Source: Parcubacteria group bacterium (GTDB lineage Bacteria > Patescibacteriota > Minisyncoccia > 2-02-FULL-40-12 > IGHO2-01-FULL-4-A). Taken from it: a stretch of DNA of 64,000 bases. Positions 18,362 through 28,593 of the stretch are shown here, in pieces (the first letter of the stretch is position 1; each line of letters begins with the position of its first letter). The stretch is taken from contig JBDRCU010000057.1 of assembly GCA_043821485.1 (NCBI GenBank), forward strand, positions 598-64,597. Direction: 5' to 3'. A model generated the notes under the pieces. It worked only from the letters and a program-made list of their open reading frames with translations, ran no database searches and was not told the origin of the DNA. The translations under genes were made by a program, and so were the position numbers.

Positions 18362-20542
18362 ATGAAATTAGTTATAGTGGAGAGCCCTACCAAGGCTCGT
18401 ACAATTTTGAAGTTTTTATCTAAAGACTACAACGTATTGTCTTCTTTTGGACATGTCAGAGATTTGCCGAAACGCGATATGGGAGTTGATATTGAACATG
18501 GCTTTAAACCCAAGTACGTTATTCCAACCAAAGCCCGTAAAGCAATAAAGGCATTGAAAGAAGCAGCTGCTAAGTCAGATGAAATAATAATGGCTACTGA
18601 TAAGGATCGTGAAGGTGAAGCTATTGCATGGCATTTAACATATATATTGAAGCAAGATCCAAAGACTGTTAAGAGAATCGTTTTTCATGAGATTACCAAG
18701 AGTGCTATTGAGGATGCATTAGCACATCCGCATGGGATAGACAGCAATTTGGTTGAGGCACAGCAAGCCAGACGCATTCTGGATAGATTGGTGGGTTATG
18801 AGCTATCGCCGTTTTTGTGGAAGAAAGTTCGTTATGGTTTATCGGCAGGACGAGTACAAAGTGTTGCAGTACGCCTTGTTGTTGAACGTGAACGTGAGAT
18901 TGAAGCATTTAATGCACAAGAATATTGGACCATTGAAGCAGACCTTGCAAAGAAGGGAGACGATCAATCTTTTCGTGCACGCCTTACCAAAGAAGACGGC
19001 AAAGCATTAGATAAACTTGAGATCAAAGACGGAGATCATGCTAAGAAAATCCTAGACACTCTTGAAGGAGCCAATTACAAAGTAATCGATATTCAAAAGA
19101 AAGAAGTAAAACGTAATCCCTCTCCCCCATTTATTACCTCTACTCTTCAGCAAGAGGCTGCACGCAAATTAGGACTGTCAGCAAAACAAACAATGATGAT
19201 TGCACAGAAACTTTATGAAACAGGACTCATAACATATATGAGAACGGATAGTCTGAATATGGCGGAAAGTGCATTGTCTCAAGCACATGAAGTTATTACA
19301 AAAACATTCGGAGCCAAATACGCATTGGATACTCCGCGTAGATACAAAACTAAATCCAAAGGAGCACAAGAAGCACACGAAGCTATTAGGCCAACTAATT
19401 TATCGAAGAGCGCAGAAGATTTAAGGGGCGGGGATAGCGTTAATAAAAGGTTATATGACCTTATCTGGAAGCGTACTCTTGCAACGCAGATGGCTGTTGC
19501 TGTTTTTGATCAGACTGCAGTTGATATTGAAGCTGGGAAGTATACATTCAGAGCCAATGGTCAGGTTGTGAAGTTTGATGGCTTTATTCGTGTATATACT
19601 GAAGGCAGAGATGATGGAAATGGTAGTGACATTGAAGGTCAATTGCCGGAATTATCCAAAGATGAAGAGCTCAATCTTGAGAAATTGGAAAATATACAGC
19701 ATTTTACTGAACCACCTCCAAGATACAGTGATGCGACATTGATTAAAGCACTTGAAGCGAATGGTATTGGTAGACCGTCCACTTATGCTCCAACATTGAG
19801 CACGATTCAGGATCGTGATTATGTTGAAAAAGAAGAGAAGAGATACAAGCCAACTGAAGTAGGTTTTCTTGTGAATGATATTCTGGTTGAACATTTTCCT
19901 GAAATCGTAGATATGAACTTTACATCGCATATTGAAGAGGAGCTTGATGATATTGCAGAGGGCAAACTTAGTTGGTCAACAGTTCTTAAGGAATTTTATC
20001 AGCCATTTAAAAAGAATCTTGAATTAAAGAAAGAAAGTGTGGAGAAAGTAGAAGAAGAATCAGATGTTAAGTGTGAACATTGCAGTGAGAATATGATGAT
20101 TAAGTTTGGACGTAATGGTAAATTTCTTGCTTGTCCCGATCCAGAGAGTAAGATAACCAAGCCCTTGCCAGAAGAGCAGGAACAGCTTGATGCTCTCGCA
20201 ATCCAAACCAAAGACGAAATATGTCCCGAGTGCAAGGGTCCTATGAAAGTCCGCAAAGGACGTTTTGGATATTTTCTTGGATGTGTAGATTATCCCAAGT
20301 GCAAAGGCATAGCCAAAATCGTAACAAGGATCGGTTTTGACTGCCCTAATTGTGGTAAAGGCGAACTTATTGAACGCAAGTCTCGCGGACGCGGTAAACT
20401 GTTCTACGGATGCTCTGCTTATCCTGATTGTTCATTTTTGATTAATGAAATACCTGAAAGTAAAGAAAGACTATTTGATATGTTGGAAGAATGGAAAGTT
20501 AAACCAAAACGCAAATCAAGAGTTGTAAGAAGGAAGAAATAG
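18362..20542 (+). CDS. topA: DNA topoisomerase I
   Basis: VESPTKA, DREGE, SAGRVQS, ITYMRTDS, C-terminal Zn ribbons. Confidence 0.98.
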   Translation: MKLVIVESPTKARTILKFLSKDYNVLSSFGHVRDLPKRDMGVDIEHGFKPKYVIPTKARKAIKALKEAAAKSDEIIMATDKDREGEAIAWHLTYILKQDPKTVKRIVFHEITKSAIEDALAHPHGIDSNLVEAQQARRILDRLVGYELSPFLWKKVRYGLSAGRVQSVAVRLVVEREREIEAFNAQEYWTIEADLAKKGDDQSFRARLTKEDGKALDKLEIKDGDHAKKILDTLEGANYKVIDIQKKEVKRNPSPPFITSTLQQEAARKLGLSAKQTMMIAQKLYETGLITYMRTDSLNMAESALSQAHEVITKTFGAKYALDTPRRYKTKSKGAQEAHEAIRPTNLSKSAEDLRGGDSVNKRLYDLIWKRTLATQMAVAVFDQTAVDIEAGKYTFRANGQVVKFDGFIRVYTEGRDDGNGSDIEGQLPELSKDEELNLEKLENIQHFTEPPPRYSDATLIKALEANGIGRPSTYAPTLSTIQDRDYVEKEEKRYKPTEVGFLVNDILVEHFPEIVDMNFTSHIEEELDDIAEGKLSWSTVLKEFYQPFKKNLELKKESVEKVEEESDVKCEHCSENMMIKFGRNGKFLACPDPESKITKPLPEEQEQLDALAIQTKDEICPECKGPMKVRKGRFGYFLGCVDYPKCKGIAKIVTRIGFDCPNCGKGELIERKSRGRGKLFYGCSAYPDCSFLINEIPESKERLFDMLEEWKVKPKRKSRVVRRKK

Positions 20543-20582
20543 CTGGATTTATCCCAGAAATTAGGTATAGTATAGGTGCATT

Positions 20583-20673
<91 letters not shown>

Positions 20674-20767
20674 ATTGTATTTTTGAATATAAGTAGATTC
20701 TATCTGTGTATAACTTTTTTACATAAGTTATTGACAAAGTTTTTTACATCAGTTATACTGGTGTATT

Positions 20768-21547
20768 ATGTTTGGAAAGCTTATACGACAACAACGCAAA
20801 AAATTTAATCTCTCGCAGGAATATCTTGCATTAGAGCTTGGTATCTCCCGCCCTACCCTTGTGCAGATTGAGCGTGGAGAGCGAGATTTGACTATAAATG
20901 AAGCGAGAAAGATTGCAGATGTTTTTGCTATGAGATTTGAAGACTTCATTGCTGGCAAAACGAGCAAGGTGCCGAAGCGGGAAGTGATTATAGAGAAAGG
21001 AAAGAGCAGACTAAAGCAGGTTGATCTTAAGATTCGCGTAACTAGTAAGAATCTGGATAAGTTTAAGCAGATACTTTTGTATATACTTGGGAAGATCGGC
21101 GGGAAACCCAATGTTGGCGAAACGGTTTTACACAAATTACTCTACTTTATTGATTTTGACTATTATGAAAAGTTTGAAGAAAACCTGATGGGTGCAACAT
21201 ACATTAAAAATCATCACGGGCCCACTTCAGTTGAGCTAGGTCCCATAATCAAAGACATGCAGGCAGATAAAGAGATAGAAACCGTGAACAGCAAATACTT
21301 TAAATATGAACAAAAGAAGTATCTTCCGCTTAAGCGCCCTGATCTTGGCAGGCTCACAGCCCGTGAAGTTGAGCACATTGATGATGTGCTTGCGCGCCTT
21401 TCGGACAAGAATGCAAAAGAAATAGAGAATTATTCGCATGGAGACATTCCGTGGAAAACGGCTGAGCGTGGCGAGCCTCTTTCATATGAAAGTGTCTTTT
21501 ATCGTGACGAAAGGTATTCCGTGAGAAATTACGATGATGAACTTTGA
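20768..21547 (+). CDS. XRE-HTH plus DUF4065 (SocA/Panacea-like) putative antitoxin
   Basis: N-terminal XRE HTH; LHKLLYFIDF, HHGP, SHGDIPW. Confidence 0.8.
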   Translation: MFGKLIRQQRKKFNLSQEYLALELGISRPTLVQIERGERDLTINEARKIADVFAMRFEDFIAGKTSKVPKREVIIEKGKSRLKQVDLKIRVTSKNLDKFKQILLYILGKIGGKPNVGETVLHKLLYFIDFDYYEKFEENLMGATYIKNHHGPTSVELGPIIKDMQADKEIETVNSKYFKYEQKKYLPLKRPDLGRLTAREVEHIDDVLARLSDKNAKEIENYSHGDIPWKTAERGEPLSYESVFYRDERYSVRNYDDEL

Positions 21548-21866
21548 CGAGCTGCCGGAATTTGTAAAAGAATTCAAAAGGCTTTTGAAAAAATACAGGT
21601 CTCTTCAGGGTGACTTGAATGAATTTAAACGTATTGTTTCTGTTCTGCCCCTGGGTACGGGAAGGCATTTTAATGTTGTTTCAAGTATTGGAAACGTAGA
21701 CGTAGTAAAGGCGCGTCTTTTTTGTAGGTATCTGAAAGGGTCGTCTCTTCGGATTATTTATGCATACATCAGGGAGCAGAAAAGGATCGAATTCATAGAA
21801 ATATACTTCAAGGGTGATAAAGAGAACGAAGACCGTGGCAGGATTGTAGGATATTTGGAATCGTAG
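21534..21866 (+). CDS. RelE/HigB-like putative toxin
   Basis: FVKEFKRLLKKYRSL, KAR, LRIIYAY, IEIYFKGDKEN; overlaps the antitoxin gene end. Confidence 0.7.
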   Translation: MMNFDELPEFVKEFKRLLKKYRSLQGDLNEFKRIVSVLPLGTGRHFNVVSSIGNVDVVKARLFCRYLKGSSLRIIYAYIREQKRIEFIEIYFKGDKENEDRGRIVGYLES

Positions 21867-21895
21867 TAGAATGGATTTTTTGTTATAATACCCAT

Positions 21896-22459
21896 ATGCC
21901 TAATATCAGCCGTACGCTAAAAGTCTTATTCTTCTATAATTCGATTTTTATGTTTGCGGCCAAATTACTTGGTCCGCTCTATGCTATTTTTGTAGGAGGT
22001 ATTGGAGGTAGTGTAATGATGGTAAGTGTTTCCTGGGCTGTATTCATAGGTTCAGCTACATTTTTTTCAATAATAATTGCGCGCATAGGAGATAGGATCC
22101 GTCATAAAAGAAAACTTCTTGCAATGGGTTATCTTGTAAGCGCTATTGCATGGTTCGGATATCTTTTTGTAGGTTCGATTACTGGTCTTTTGATAGTGCA
22201 GATTATTCTTGGGCTTGGAGATGCTTTGGCAATCCCTTCTTTTGATACAATTTTTGCAGAACATATAGACAAAAAGATCGATGTAAGAGAATATGCCGAT
22301 TGGAATATTATTCTAAATATCGCTGTTATGATAGGCACCCTTGTAGGAGGGCTTATCGTAACACGCTTTGGATTTGATCATCTGTTTACAGTAATGGGGG
22401 TTCTTGCATTGCTAGCATCTATAGGCGTGGCGATTCAACCGAGACATGTATTAGATTGA
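21896..22459 (+). CDS. Half-length MFS-like membrane protein
   Basis: About 6 TM helices, motif A-like ARIGDRIRHKRK; 187 aa. Confidence 0.75.
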   Translation: MPNISRTLKVLFFYNSIFMFAAKLLGPLYAIFVGGIGGSVMMVSVSWAVFIGSATFFSIIIARIGDRIRHKRKLLAMGYLVSAIAWFGYLFVGSITGLLIVQIILGLGDALAIPSFDTIFAEHIDKKIDVREYADWNIILNIAVMIGTLVGGLIVTRFGFDHLFTVMGVLALLASIGVAIQPRHVLD

Positions 22460-22470
22460 GTTGTTTGGGT

Positions 22471-22818
22471 TTAATCTAATTCTTCCCAGCTCCCATCAAG
22501 ATTTACGAAGAATGCTCTGACTGTGCGGTTAGAGTGTTTTTGTTTTGTACGATTGAAGGCTTTAATTAGATCGTCTTTCGTTGCACCAGCACCGCAGTCT
22601 TCATGCACTGTGAGTACTATTGTGTTTGGTTCATGAAGTTTGCATGAAAGGTCGCACCATTCATCGACGAGTTGAGGCTGTTTGCCTGCTCCCCCAGGTA
22701 TGGATACGCGGTCTGCAGTCTCTATATTTAGAGACTTAAGCAGTTCTGCTAGGGTATTTTGTATTCTCCAGTCTATACATTGGACCAAGACACCATTGCA
22801 TTTGTGAATTTTTGACAT
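22471..22818 (-). CDS. Beta-carbonic anhydrase-like protein
   Basis: CIDWR and HEDCGA Zn ligands. Confidence 0.75.
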   Translation of the reverse strand: MSKIHKCNGVLVQCIDWRIQNTLAELLKSLNIETADRVSIPGGAGKQPQLVDEWCDLSCKLHEPNTIVLTVHEDCGAGATKDDLIKAFNRTKQKHSNRTVRAFFVNLDGSWEELD

Positions 22819-22861
22819 AGATATTTATGTTAAACTATAAGTATGAACAAAACAATATTAA

Positions 22862-22985
22862 TTTCAGGATGAGGTTAGACTCTGGAATATGTACTACAAT
22901 GATTTGGAACATTGTGGGTTAAATGGTAAAACACCTAATCAAGTCCTTGGTCTAATCTAGGTGCAATATGTTTATACCTAAAACA
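22862..22985 (+). mobile_element. IS481-like transposase 3' remnant with probable right end
   Basis: Frame FQDEVRLWNMYYNDLEHCGLNGKTPNQVL* resembles the YN..H..L.G.TP integrase-core tail; followed by GTGCAATATGTTTATACCTAAAACA ending in ACA. Confidence 0.6.
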
Positions 22986-23064
22986 TGTGACAGTCTAGCA
23001 ATCTCTTGACAGTGGAGATCTCAAAATGTTAGCATATATAAGATCCATATATAATCCATATATC

Positions 23065-23319
23065 ATGCCTATTGTGAATTTTACAGTACCGACCACCCTC
23101 GAGAGAAGAATCGTTAGTGGTATTAAGAAAAACGGCTTTTCCAGTAAAGCTGAATTTTTTCGTATGGCAGCACTTCGCTATTTACAGGAGCTTGAAATGT
23201 TAGGTATGACGTCAGATCAACGGAGAAGTTATCTCGTAAAACAAATTGATAAGCATATGACCAGACTGTACAAAGGCAAAAAGATTCCGTCGCTCGAAGA
23301 GCAGCTTGCGGATATCTGA
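23065..23319 (+). CDS. Ribbon-helix-helix putative antitoxin
   Basis: MPIVNFTVP...FSSKAEFFRMA RHH pattern, directly upstream of a toxin-like gene. Confidence 0.7.
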   Translation: MPIVNFTVPTTLERRIVSGIKKNGFSSKAEFFRMAALRYLQELEMLGMTSDQRRSYLVKQIDKHMTRLYKGKKIPSLEEQLADI

Positions 23320-23322
23320 CAT

Positions 23323-23673
23323 ATGCCCAGAGTTGTCATACTCCCCTATTTTTTAAAAAGTGCTAAGGGTTACCTAAAGAAGTATCGCAGTTTAGAGCGT
23401 ACTATTGTTGATGTCTTGGGAAGATTCAGCCCATCCCATCACGTTCATCTAGGTAACAATATTTATAAAGTACGTTTTTCAATTAAAGAAATTACAAAGG
23501 GAAAAAGCAAAGTATTCAGATTGATACTGCGTCTTACTTCGGATCATAAATTTTTGATACCCGTATTTATGTATTTCAAAGGAGATCGTGAGACTGTAAG
23601 TGATAATGAGATAAATGAACATCTCTCAGAGATATTATTAGAGCTTAAAGAATTCGAGAGAACTTTGAATTAG
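23323..23673 (+). CDS. RelE/HigB-like putative toxin
   Basis: YLKKYRSL, IYKVR, KGKSKVFRLI, MYFKGD; resembles the 21534 product. Confidence 0.7.
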   Translation: MPRVVILPYFLKSAKGYLKKYRSLERTIVDVLGRFSPSHHVHLGNNIYKVRFSIKEITKGKSKVFRLILRLTSDHKFLIPVFMYFKGDRETVSDNEINEHLSEILLELKEFERTLN

Positions 23674-23692
23674 ATAGGCTATAAAACGAATC

Positions 23693-23724
23693 AGCGCCGG
23701 GTCCCGTAATGGGAGCCCGGCGCT
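23693..23724 (-). terminator. GC hairpin ending the lipoprotein cassette
   Basis: AGCGCCGGG...CCCGGCGCT inverted repeat, with a second hairpin at ~23737-23759. Confidence 0.6.
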
Positions 23725-23763
23725 TGAGGTTCTAGGGGACGACGACCTTACTGTCGTCCGGAT

Positions 23764-24486
23764 TTAGTGTTGCGCCCACATGTCGTAGCAGGTCTTGCCG
23801 CCGGTTTCGCAGTCCAGCGACGCGACGTTATTGGTCTTGGCGGAATAGTGGTAGCAGGTGTAGTAGCACTGCCATATGCTTCCGTAGATACGATAAGGGC
23901 CGCAGGGTAGGTCGTTGAGCCTGCGGAATGTCACCTTGGCCTTTGCTTGGGCTGGCAGATATACGTACCCCAGGTAGTAGTACCTGGAGCACTCTACATT
24001 GAGGACCCAGAGGTCAACGTAGCTTCCGGCGTAGTATTCCTCTTTGCCGAATTTTTTAAACAGCTTGATCGTGATTTTCTTCCGGTTCATCCGGAAGTCT
24101 TCGATCCTGAACATCTCCCAGTTTGTCTCATCTACCGCGTTGGCGGTCTGGGCGGTGTCGCCGTTCAGGACGAGAGCCGAGGAGGCAGTGGACAGGCTGT
24201 CCATCTTCGCCTCGAATTCGTTCTTCGCCACGGTGGCCCCGGGCATCAGTCCGAAGACCTCATCAGGGCGATCCGTTTTTCCTTCGAATTCCTGTTCGTT
24301 CAGGAGTTCGATGTCGCGGAAGCTTCCCTGTTCGCCGTCAGTGAAGGGGGTGGGCGCGTGGTCGGCGGTCAGGTTGCTGCCGATTTCCCCGAGCGTGTCG
24401 GGGGTGACCGGATTCGAGCTGCAAGCTGCGAACGTCATCATCGCTACCACGATCAAGATCTGGAAACCGAAACCGTTCTGTCTCAT
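23764..24486 (-). CDS. Putative lipoprotein in a GC-rich cassette
   Basis: Lipobox FAAC, GGAGG SD, TTGACT-17-TAAGGT promoter, Cys-rich C-terminus. Confidence 0.75.
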   Translation of the reverse strand: MRQNGFGFQILIVVAMMTFAACSSNPVTPDTLGEIGSNLTADHAPTPFTDGEQGSFRDIELLNEQEFEGKTDRPDEVFGLMPGATVAKNEFEAKMDSLSTASSALVLNGDTAQTANAVDETNWEMFRIEDFRMNRKKITIKLFKKFGKEEYYAGSYVDLWVLNVECSRYYYLGYVYLPAQAKAKVTFRRLNDLPCGPYRIYGSIWQCYYTCYHYSAKTNNVASLDCETGGKTCYDMWAQH

Positions 24487-24620
24487 TTTCTACCTCCGGC
24501 TTGATAGCCAGTTTAGGGGCGTTTTTCTACGTAAAAGGCGCCTATAAAGCGCCTAACTATAAAGACACCTTACCATATATAACGGGTAAAGTCAAGATGT
24601 GTGACTTTGTCTAAAATAGC

Positions 24621-26150
24621 CTAAATACTCTCCATTATTTCAATATCAGCCCCTATGCTTTGAAGGCGGGTTACGAGATCTTCATATCCCCTATTTATTG
24701 AATAAACATTTCTTAATATTGAAGTACCTTCTGCTGCAAGCATGCCGATAAGTATTATTGCTGTTGGGCGAAGTGCTGGTGGCGAGACGATTTGAGATGC
24801 TTTGAGTTTGGTTGGGCCGTCTATAAAGACTCTGTGCGGATCAGCAAGCGTGATTTCAGCTCCAAGCTTATTCATATCTGTATAGTAGATAGCTCGTTGT
24901 TCATAAATCCAGTCATGGATTAATGTTTTACCTTTTGCTTGCGTTGCAATAGGTACAAAGAAAGGTAAATTATCTGGATTTATGCCAGGATAAGGTAGCG
25001 GATGGATGCTGTCTTGAGGCGCTACTAATTTGGAGGGCAAGGTTTTAATATCCATTAATTTAGTGTAACCATTCCTGCCCTTGTAGCGTTTAAGAATTTT
25101 GTATTTAAAGCCCATTTTAGACATATGTAGGAGTTCCAACTCGAGAAAATCAATAGGGCATTGGGTAATAGTGATCGTTGAATTGGTTGTTGCGGCAAGA
25201 GACAAAAAGAGCATGGACTCAATAGGGTCTTGCATGATTGGATACGAGATGTCTTTTTTGATTTTGGTTTTGCCATGGATGACTAGCGTGGAAGTACCGA
25301 TGCCGTCGATCTTTATGCCGAGCTTTTCAAGGAAATAACATAAGTCTTGAACCATATAGTTAGAAGATGCGATTTTGATTGTGGTTTTACCCGGAACAAG
25401 TGTTGAAGCCATTATGATGTTTTCAGTCGCAGTAACACTCGCTTCATACATTATAATTTCTTGATCCTTTTTGAGACGGGATGCTTGTACGTGATATGCA
25501 GTGTCAGTTGTTTTGATTTTGATTCCGAGTTTTTCAAGTGCAAATAAATGAGGCCTGACAGTTCGTTTGCCTAATTTGCAACCGCCTGCATTCGGTAGCT
25601 CGAAGTTTTTAAAATGGTGTACCAATGGGCCTATCATCATTAATACGCTTCTAGTGCGTTTGGCAGATTTCTTGTTTAGTTTATCGAGCTTAATGCGTCT
25701 TGGAGGCGTGATTTCAAGTTTGTCTCCTATCCATTTGATTGACACACCTATACTTTGAAGAACTTCTATAATCCGAAAGACCTCTTCAATGCGAGGCATA
25801 TATTCAAGTGTTGTTTTGCCTTTATTGAGAAGCGAAGCAATCAGGATTGAAAGGGCTGCATTCTTAGCAGTGTTGGTTGTAATAGTACCTGATAGTTTCT
25901 TGCCTCCGGTTATTCGGAAGTTCATAGTTGAGCCAGTGAGTTTAATCAGACTTCTATGGAGTACATGTCCCATGCGAAAAAGCATTTCCGTACTTAAATT
26001 CTGTTCGCCTTTTTCCATGCGGGCAACTGCGCTTTGGCTTGTTTTGAGAGCTTTGGCAAATTCTCCTTGCGTCATCCTGCGCTGTTCGCGTAGCCATGCA
26101 ATTAGATGGCCAATCTTTTGTTGTTGAGGGAAATCTGATTTTTTAGACAT
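24621..26150 (-). CDS. murA: XRE-HTH fused UDP-N-acetylglucosamine 1-carboxyvinyltransferase
   Basis: N-terminal HTH (TQGEFAKALKTSQSAVARMEKGEQN); AKNAAL, GGCKLGKR active Cys, SVTATEN, RGYEDL. Confidence 0.92.
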   Translation of the reverse strand: MSKKSDFPQQQKIGHLIAWLREQRRMTQGEFAKALKTSQSAVARMEKGEQNLSTEMLFRMGHVLHRSLIKLTGSTMNFRITGGKKLSGTITTNTAKNAALSILIASLLNKGKTTLEYMPRIEEVFRIIEVLQSIGVSIKWIGDKLEITPPRRIKLDKLNKKSAKRTRSVLMMIGPLVHHFKNFELPNAGGCKLGKRTVRPHLFALEKLGIKIKTTDTAYHVQASRLKKDQEIIMYEASVTATENIIMASTLVPGKTTIKIASSNYMVQDLCYFLEKLGIKIDGIGTSTLVIHGKTKIKKDISYPIMQDPIESMLFLSLAATTNSTITITQCPIDFLELELLHMSKMGFKYKILKRYKGRNGYTKLMDIKTLPSKLVAPQDSIHPLPYPGINPDNLPFFVPIATQAKGKTLIHDWIYEQRAIYYTDMNKLGAEITLADPHRVFIDGPTKLKASQIVSPPALRPTAIILIGMLAAEGTSILRNVYSINRGYEDLVTRLQSIGADIEIMESI

Positions 26151-26176
26151 AATATATATTTAGGTAATAGGATTTC

Positions 26177-26198
26177 AATATATCACATGTGATATATT
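26177..26198. promoter_or_regulatory. Perfect 22-bp palindrome, candidate operator
   Basis: AATATATCACATGTGATATATT, 26 nt upstream of the HTH-MurA start. Confidence 0.65.
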
Positions 26199-26278
26199 CG
26201 TGTAAAGGGTTATTCTTGATGGCAATTTAGTATCGCGGGGTTTGCGTATGTGTCCGGCTCATATATACTGGAATTACT

Positions 26279-27226
26279 ATGAAAACAATTGTAGTAACAG
26301 GAGGTGCGGGATTCATTGGATCTAATCTTGTTGATCGATTAATATCTGATGGATTTAGAGTTGTAGTAATAGATGACTTTTCTGAGGGTAAAGAAGAGAA
26401 CCTTGCTCAACACAAAGACAATGATGTGACGATATACAGACGCAGTATTACAGAAGATTTGAATGATATATTTGAAAAAGAGAGGCCCGAAGCGATTATG
26501 CATCTTGCAGCGCTTGCACGAGTACCCCTATCTATTGCTAAACCGCGTGAGACCAACGATGTAAATTTGAATGGGACACTTAATCTGTTAATCACTGCGA
26601 ATGACCATGGAGTAAAAAGATTTGTGAATTATGGAAGCTCATCTGAATACGGTGATCCACCAACACGGCCTTTTAAGGAAGATATGGTGCTCCAACCCCT
26701 ATCCCCTTATGGATTGCAGAAGCTTGCCGCGGATCACTATGCAAGACTTTTCCATATTATGCATGGCATGGAAACCATCACATTGCGTCCTTTCAATGTA
26801 TTTGGACGACGCATGAATCATGAAGGAGCATATGCATTGCTTATTGGCAAAGTTCATGCTTGGCTGTTTAATGGAGCTAGGTTTTTCATAAATGGAGACG
26901 GAGAACAGACAAGGGATTTTACATATATTGACGATGTAATAGAGGCAACAATGATTGCTATGATGACCGATAATGAAAAATGCTTTGGACAGTCATTTAA
27001 TGTGGGAGGAGGTCGCGCACATATAGTGAATGAAGTTGTGGATAAGATTATAATTTTCAGCGGTAAAAGCATATCGCCTGAGCATGGTCCTGCGCTTATT
27101 GAGCCTCATGACACTCTTGCAGATGTATCCAAGAGTAAGGAGTTATTGGGATGGGAGGCTAAAGCGGATTTTGACGAAGGATTGAAAAAAACATTTGAAT
27201 ATTTTAAAGAATTGTTTAATAAATAG
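26279..27226 (+). CDS. NAD-dependent epimerase/dehydratase
   Basis: TGGAGFIGS, YGLQK (YxxxK), GDGEQTRDF. Confidence 0.92.
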   Translation: MKTIVVTGGAGFIGSNLVDRLISDGFRVVVIDDFSEGKEENLAQHKDNDVTIYRRSITEDLNDIFEKERPEAIMHLAALARVPLSIAKPRETNDVNLNGTLNLLITANDHGVKRFVNYGSSSEYGDPPTRPFKEDMVLQPLSPYGLQKLAADHYARLFHIMHGMETITLRPFNVFGRRMNHEGAYALLIGKVHAWLFNGARFFINGDGEQTRDFTYIDDVIEATMIAMMTDNEKCFGQSFNVGGGRAHIVNEVVDKIIIFSGKSISPEHGPALIEPHDTLADVSKSKELLGWEAKADFDEGLKKTFEYFKELFNK

Positions 27227-27229
27227 ACT

Positions 27230-28528
27230 ATGGATCATGAAGCATTAAAACAGGATATGGATGTCTACAATGCTTTGTCTGGCGAGCAGAATCGTGTTCG
27301 AGATGGCATTGAGCTAATACCTTCAGAGAACTATGTTTCCCGTGCTGTACTTGAGGCATTGGGTTCGGTTTTTACCAATAAATATGCTGAAGGGTATCCA
27401 GGGAGGAGGTATTATGGAGGTAATAAATATACGGATATTATTGAAACTCTTGCTATTGAGCGTGCCAAGAAGATTTTTAAATCCGATCATGCCAATGTTC
27501 AGCCTTTGTCCGGCTCTCCAATGAATCAGGCGGTATATCTGGCTTTGCTTCAACCCGGAGACACAATAATGGGTATGGATTTAACTCATGGAGGGCATCT
27601 TACGCATGGTCATCCAGTTAGTCATATGGGTAAGCTATTTAATTGGATTAGGTATAAGACTCATCCGGAGAATGAGGGCAAAATTGATTTTGATGAATTG
27701 ATGGAGCTTGCTAAGAAGCATAAACCCAAGATAGTTTTGTGCGGTTATACCAGCTATCCGCGGGATTATGACTATGCTGATTTTAAACGTGTTGCAGATG
27801 AAGTCGGAGCTTTTGCTATGGCAGATGTTGCACATATCGGAGGCCTTATTGCAGGAGGCGTAATGCGAAATCCATTTGATTACGGTTTTGATATTGTTAA
27901 TACAACAACACATAAGACTTTGCGCGGTCCAAGAGGCGGTATAATTTTGACCAAAGGTAAGCCGGGCAATCCTTTGAAAAAAGTTGAGATAAGTAAAGAG
28001 AATTTGCCCGTGATTATGGATAGATCTGTATTCCCAGGTCTTCAAGGAGGTCCGCATATGAATAATATAGCAGGTATTGCTGTGGCCTTGGGCGAAGCAT
28101 TGAAACCGGAATTTAAGGAATACACAAAGCAAATACTTGTTAATGCTAAGGCATTAGCTGATGAGTTAATGAAGCGTGGAGCAGTGCTTGTAACAGGTGG
28201 TACGGATAATCATATGATGGTGATTGACTGTGTTAAGTCATTTAATATGGATGGAGGTAAAGTTGAGAAGATCCTTGATTTAGTTGGGATTACTACGAAT
28301 AAGAGTCCTGTGCCAGATGATACCAATCCTCCGTTTACTCCAAGCGGTCTTCGAATAGGCACGCCAGCAGCGACTACGCGAGGGATGAAAGAGGACGATA
28401 TGCGGTGTTTGGCAGGATGGATTATTGAAGTTATTGAGCATAATAAAGAACAGGCTAATCTTGATAGATTACAAAAAGAAATTAAAGACTTTTGTCATCA
28501 GTTTTCAATACCGGGGATAGAGTCTTAG
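27230..28528 (+). CDS. glyA: Serine hydroxymethyltransferase
   Basis: LIPSEN, NKYAEGYPG, GGHLTHG, TTTHKTLRGPRGG. Confidence 0.98.
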   Translation: MDHEALKQDMDVYNALSGEQNRVRDGIELIPSENYVSRAVLEALGSVFTNKYAEGYPGRRYYGGNKYTDIIETLAIERAKKIFKSDHANVQPLSGSPMNQAVYLALLQPGDTIMGMDLTHGGHLTHGHPVSHMGKLFNWIRYKTHPENEGKIDFDELMELAKKHKPKIVLCGYTSYPRDYDYADFKRVADEVGAFAMADVAHIGGLIAGGVMRNPFDYGFDIVNTTTHKTLRGPRGGIILTKGKPGNPLKKVEISKENLPVIMDRSVFPGLQGGPHMNNIAGIAVALGEALKPEFKEYTKQILVNAKALADELMKRGAVLVTGGTDNHMMVIDCVKSFNMDGGKVEKILDLVGITTNKSPVPDDTNPPFTPSGLRIGTPAATTRGMKEDDMRCLAGWIIEVIEHNKEQANLDRLQKEIKDFCHQFSIPGIES

Positions 28529-28593
28529 ATTACGATGCTACTGTCTCTAAATGCGAAAACCGCCCGAAGGCGGGTTTCAGCCTTGGGCGGGTT

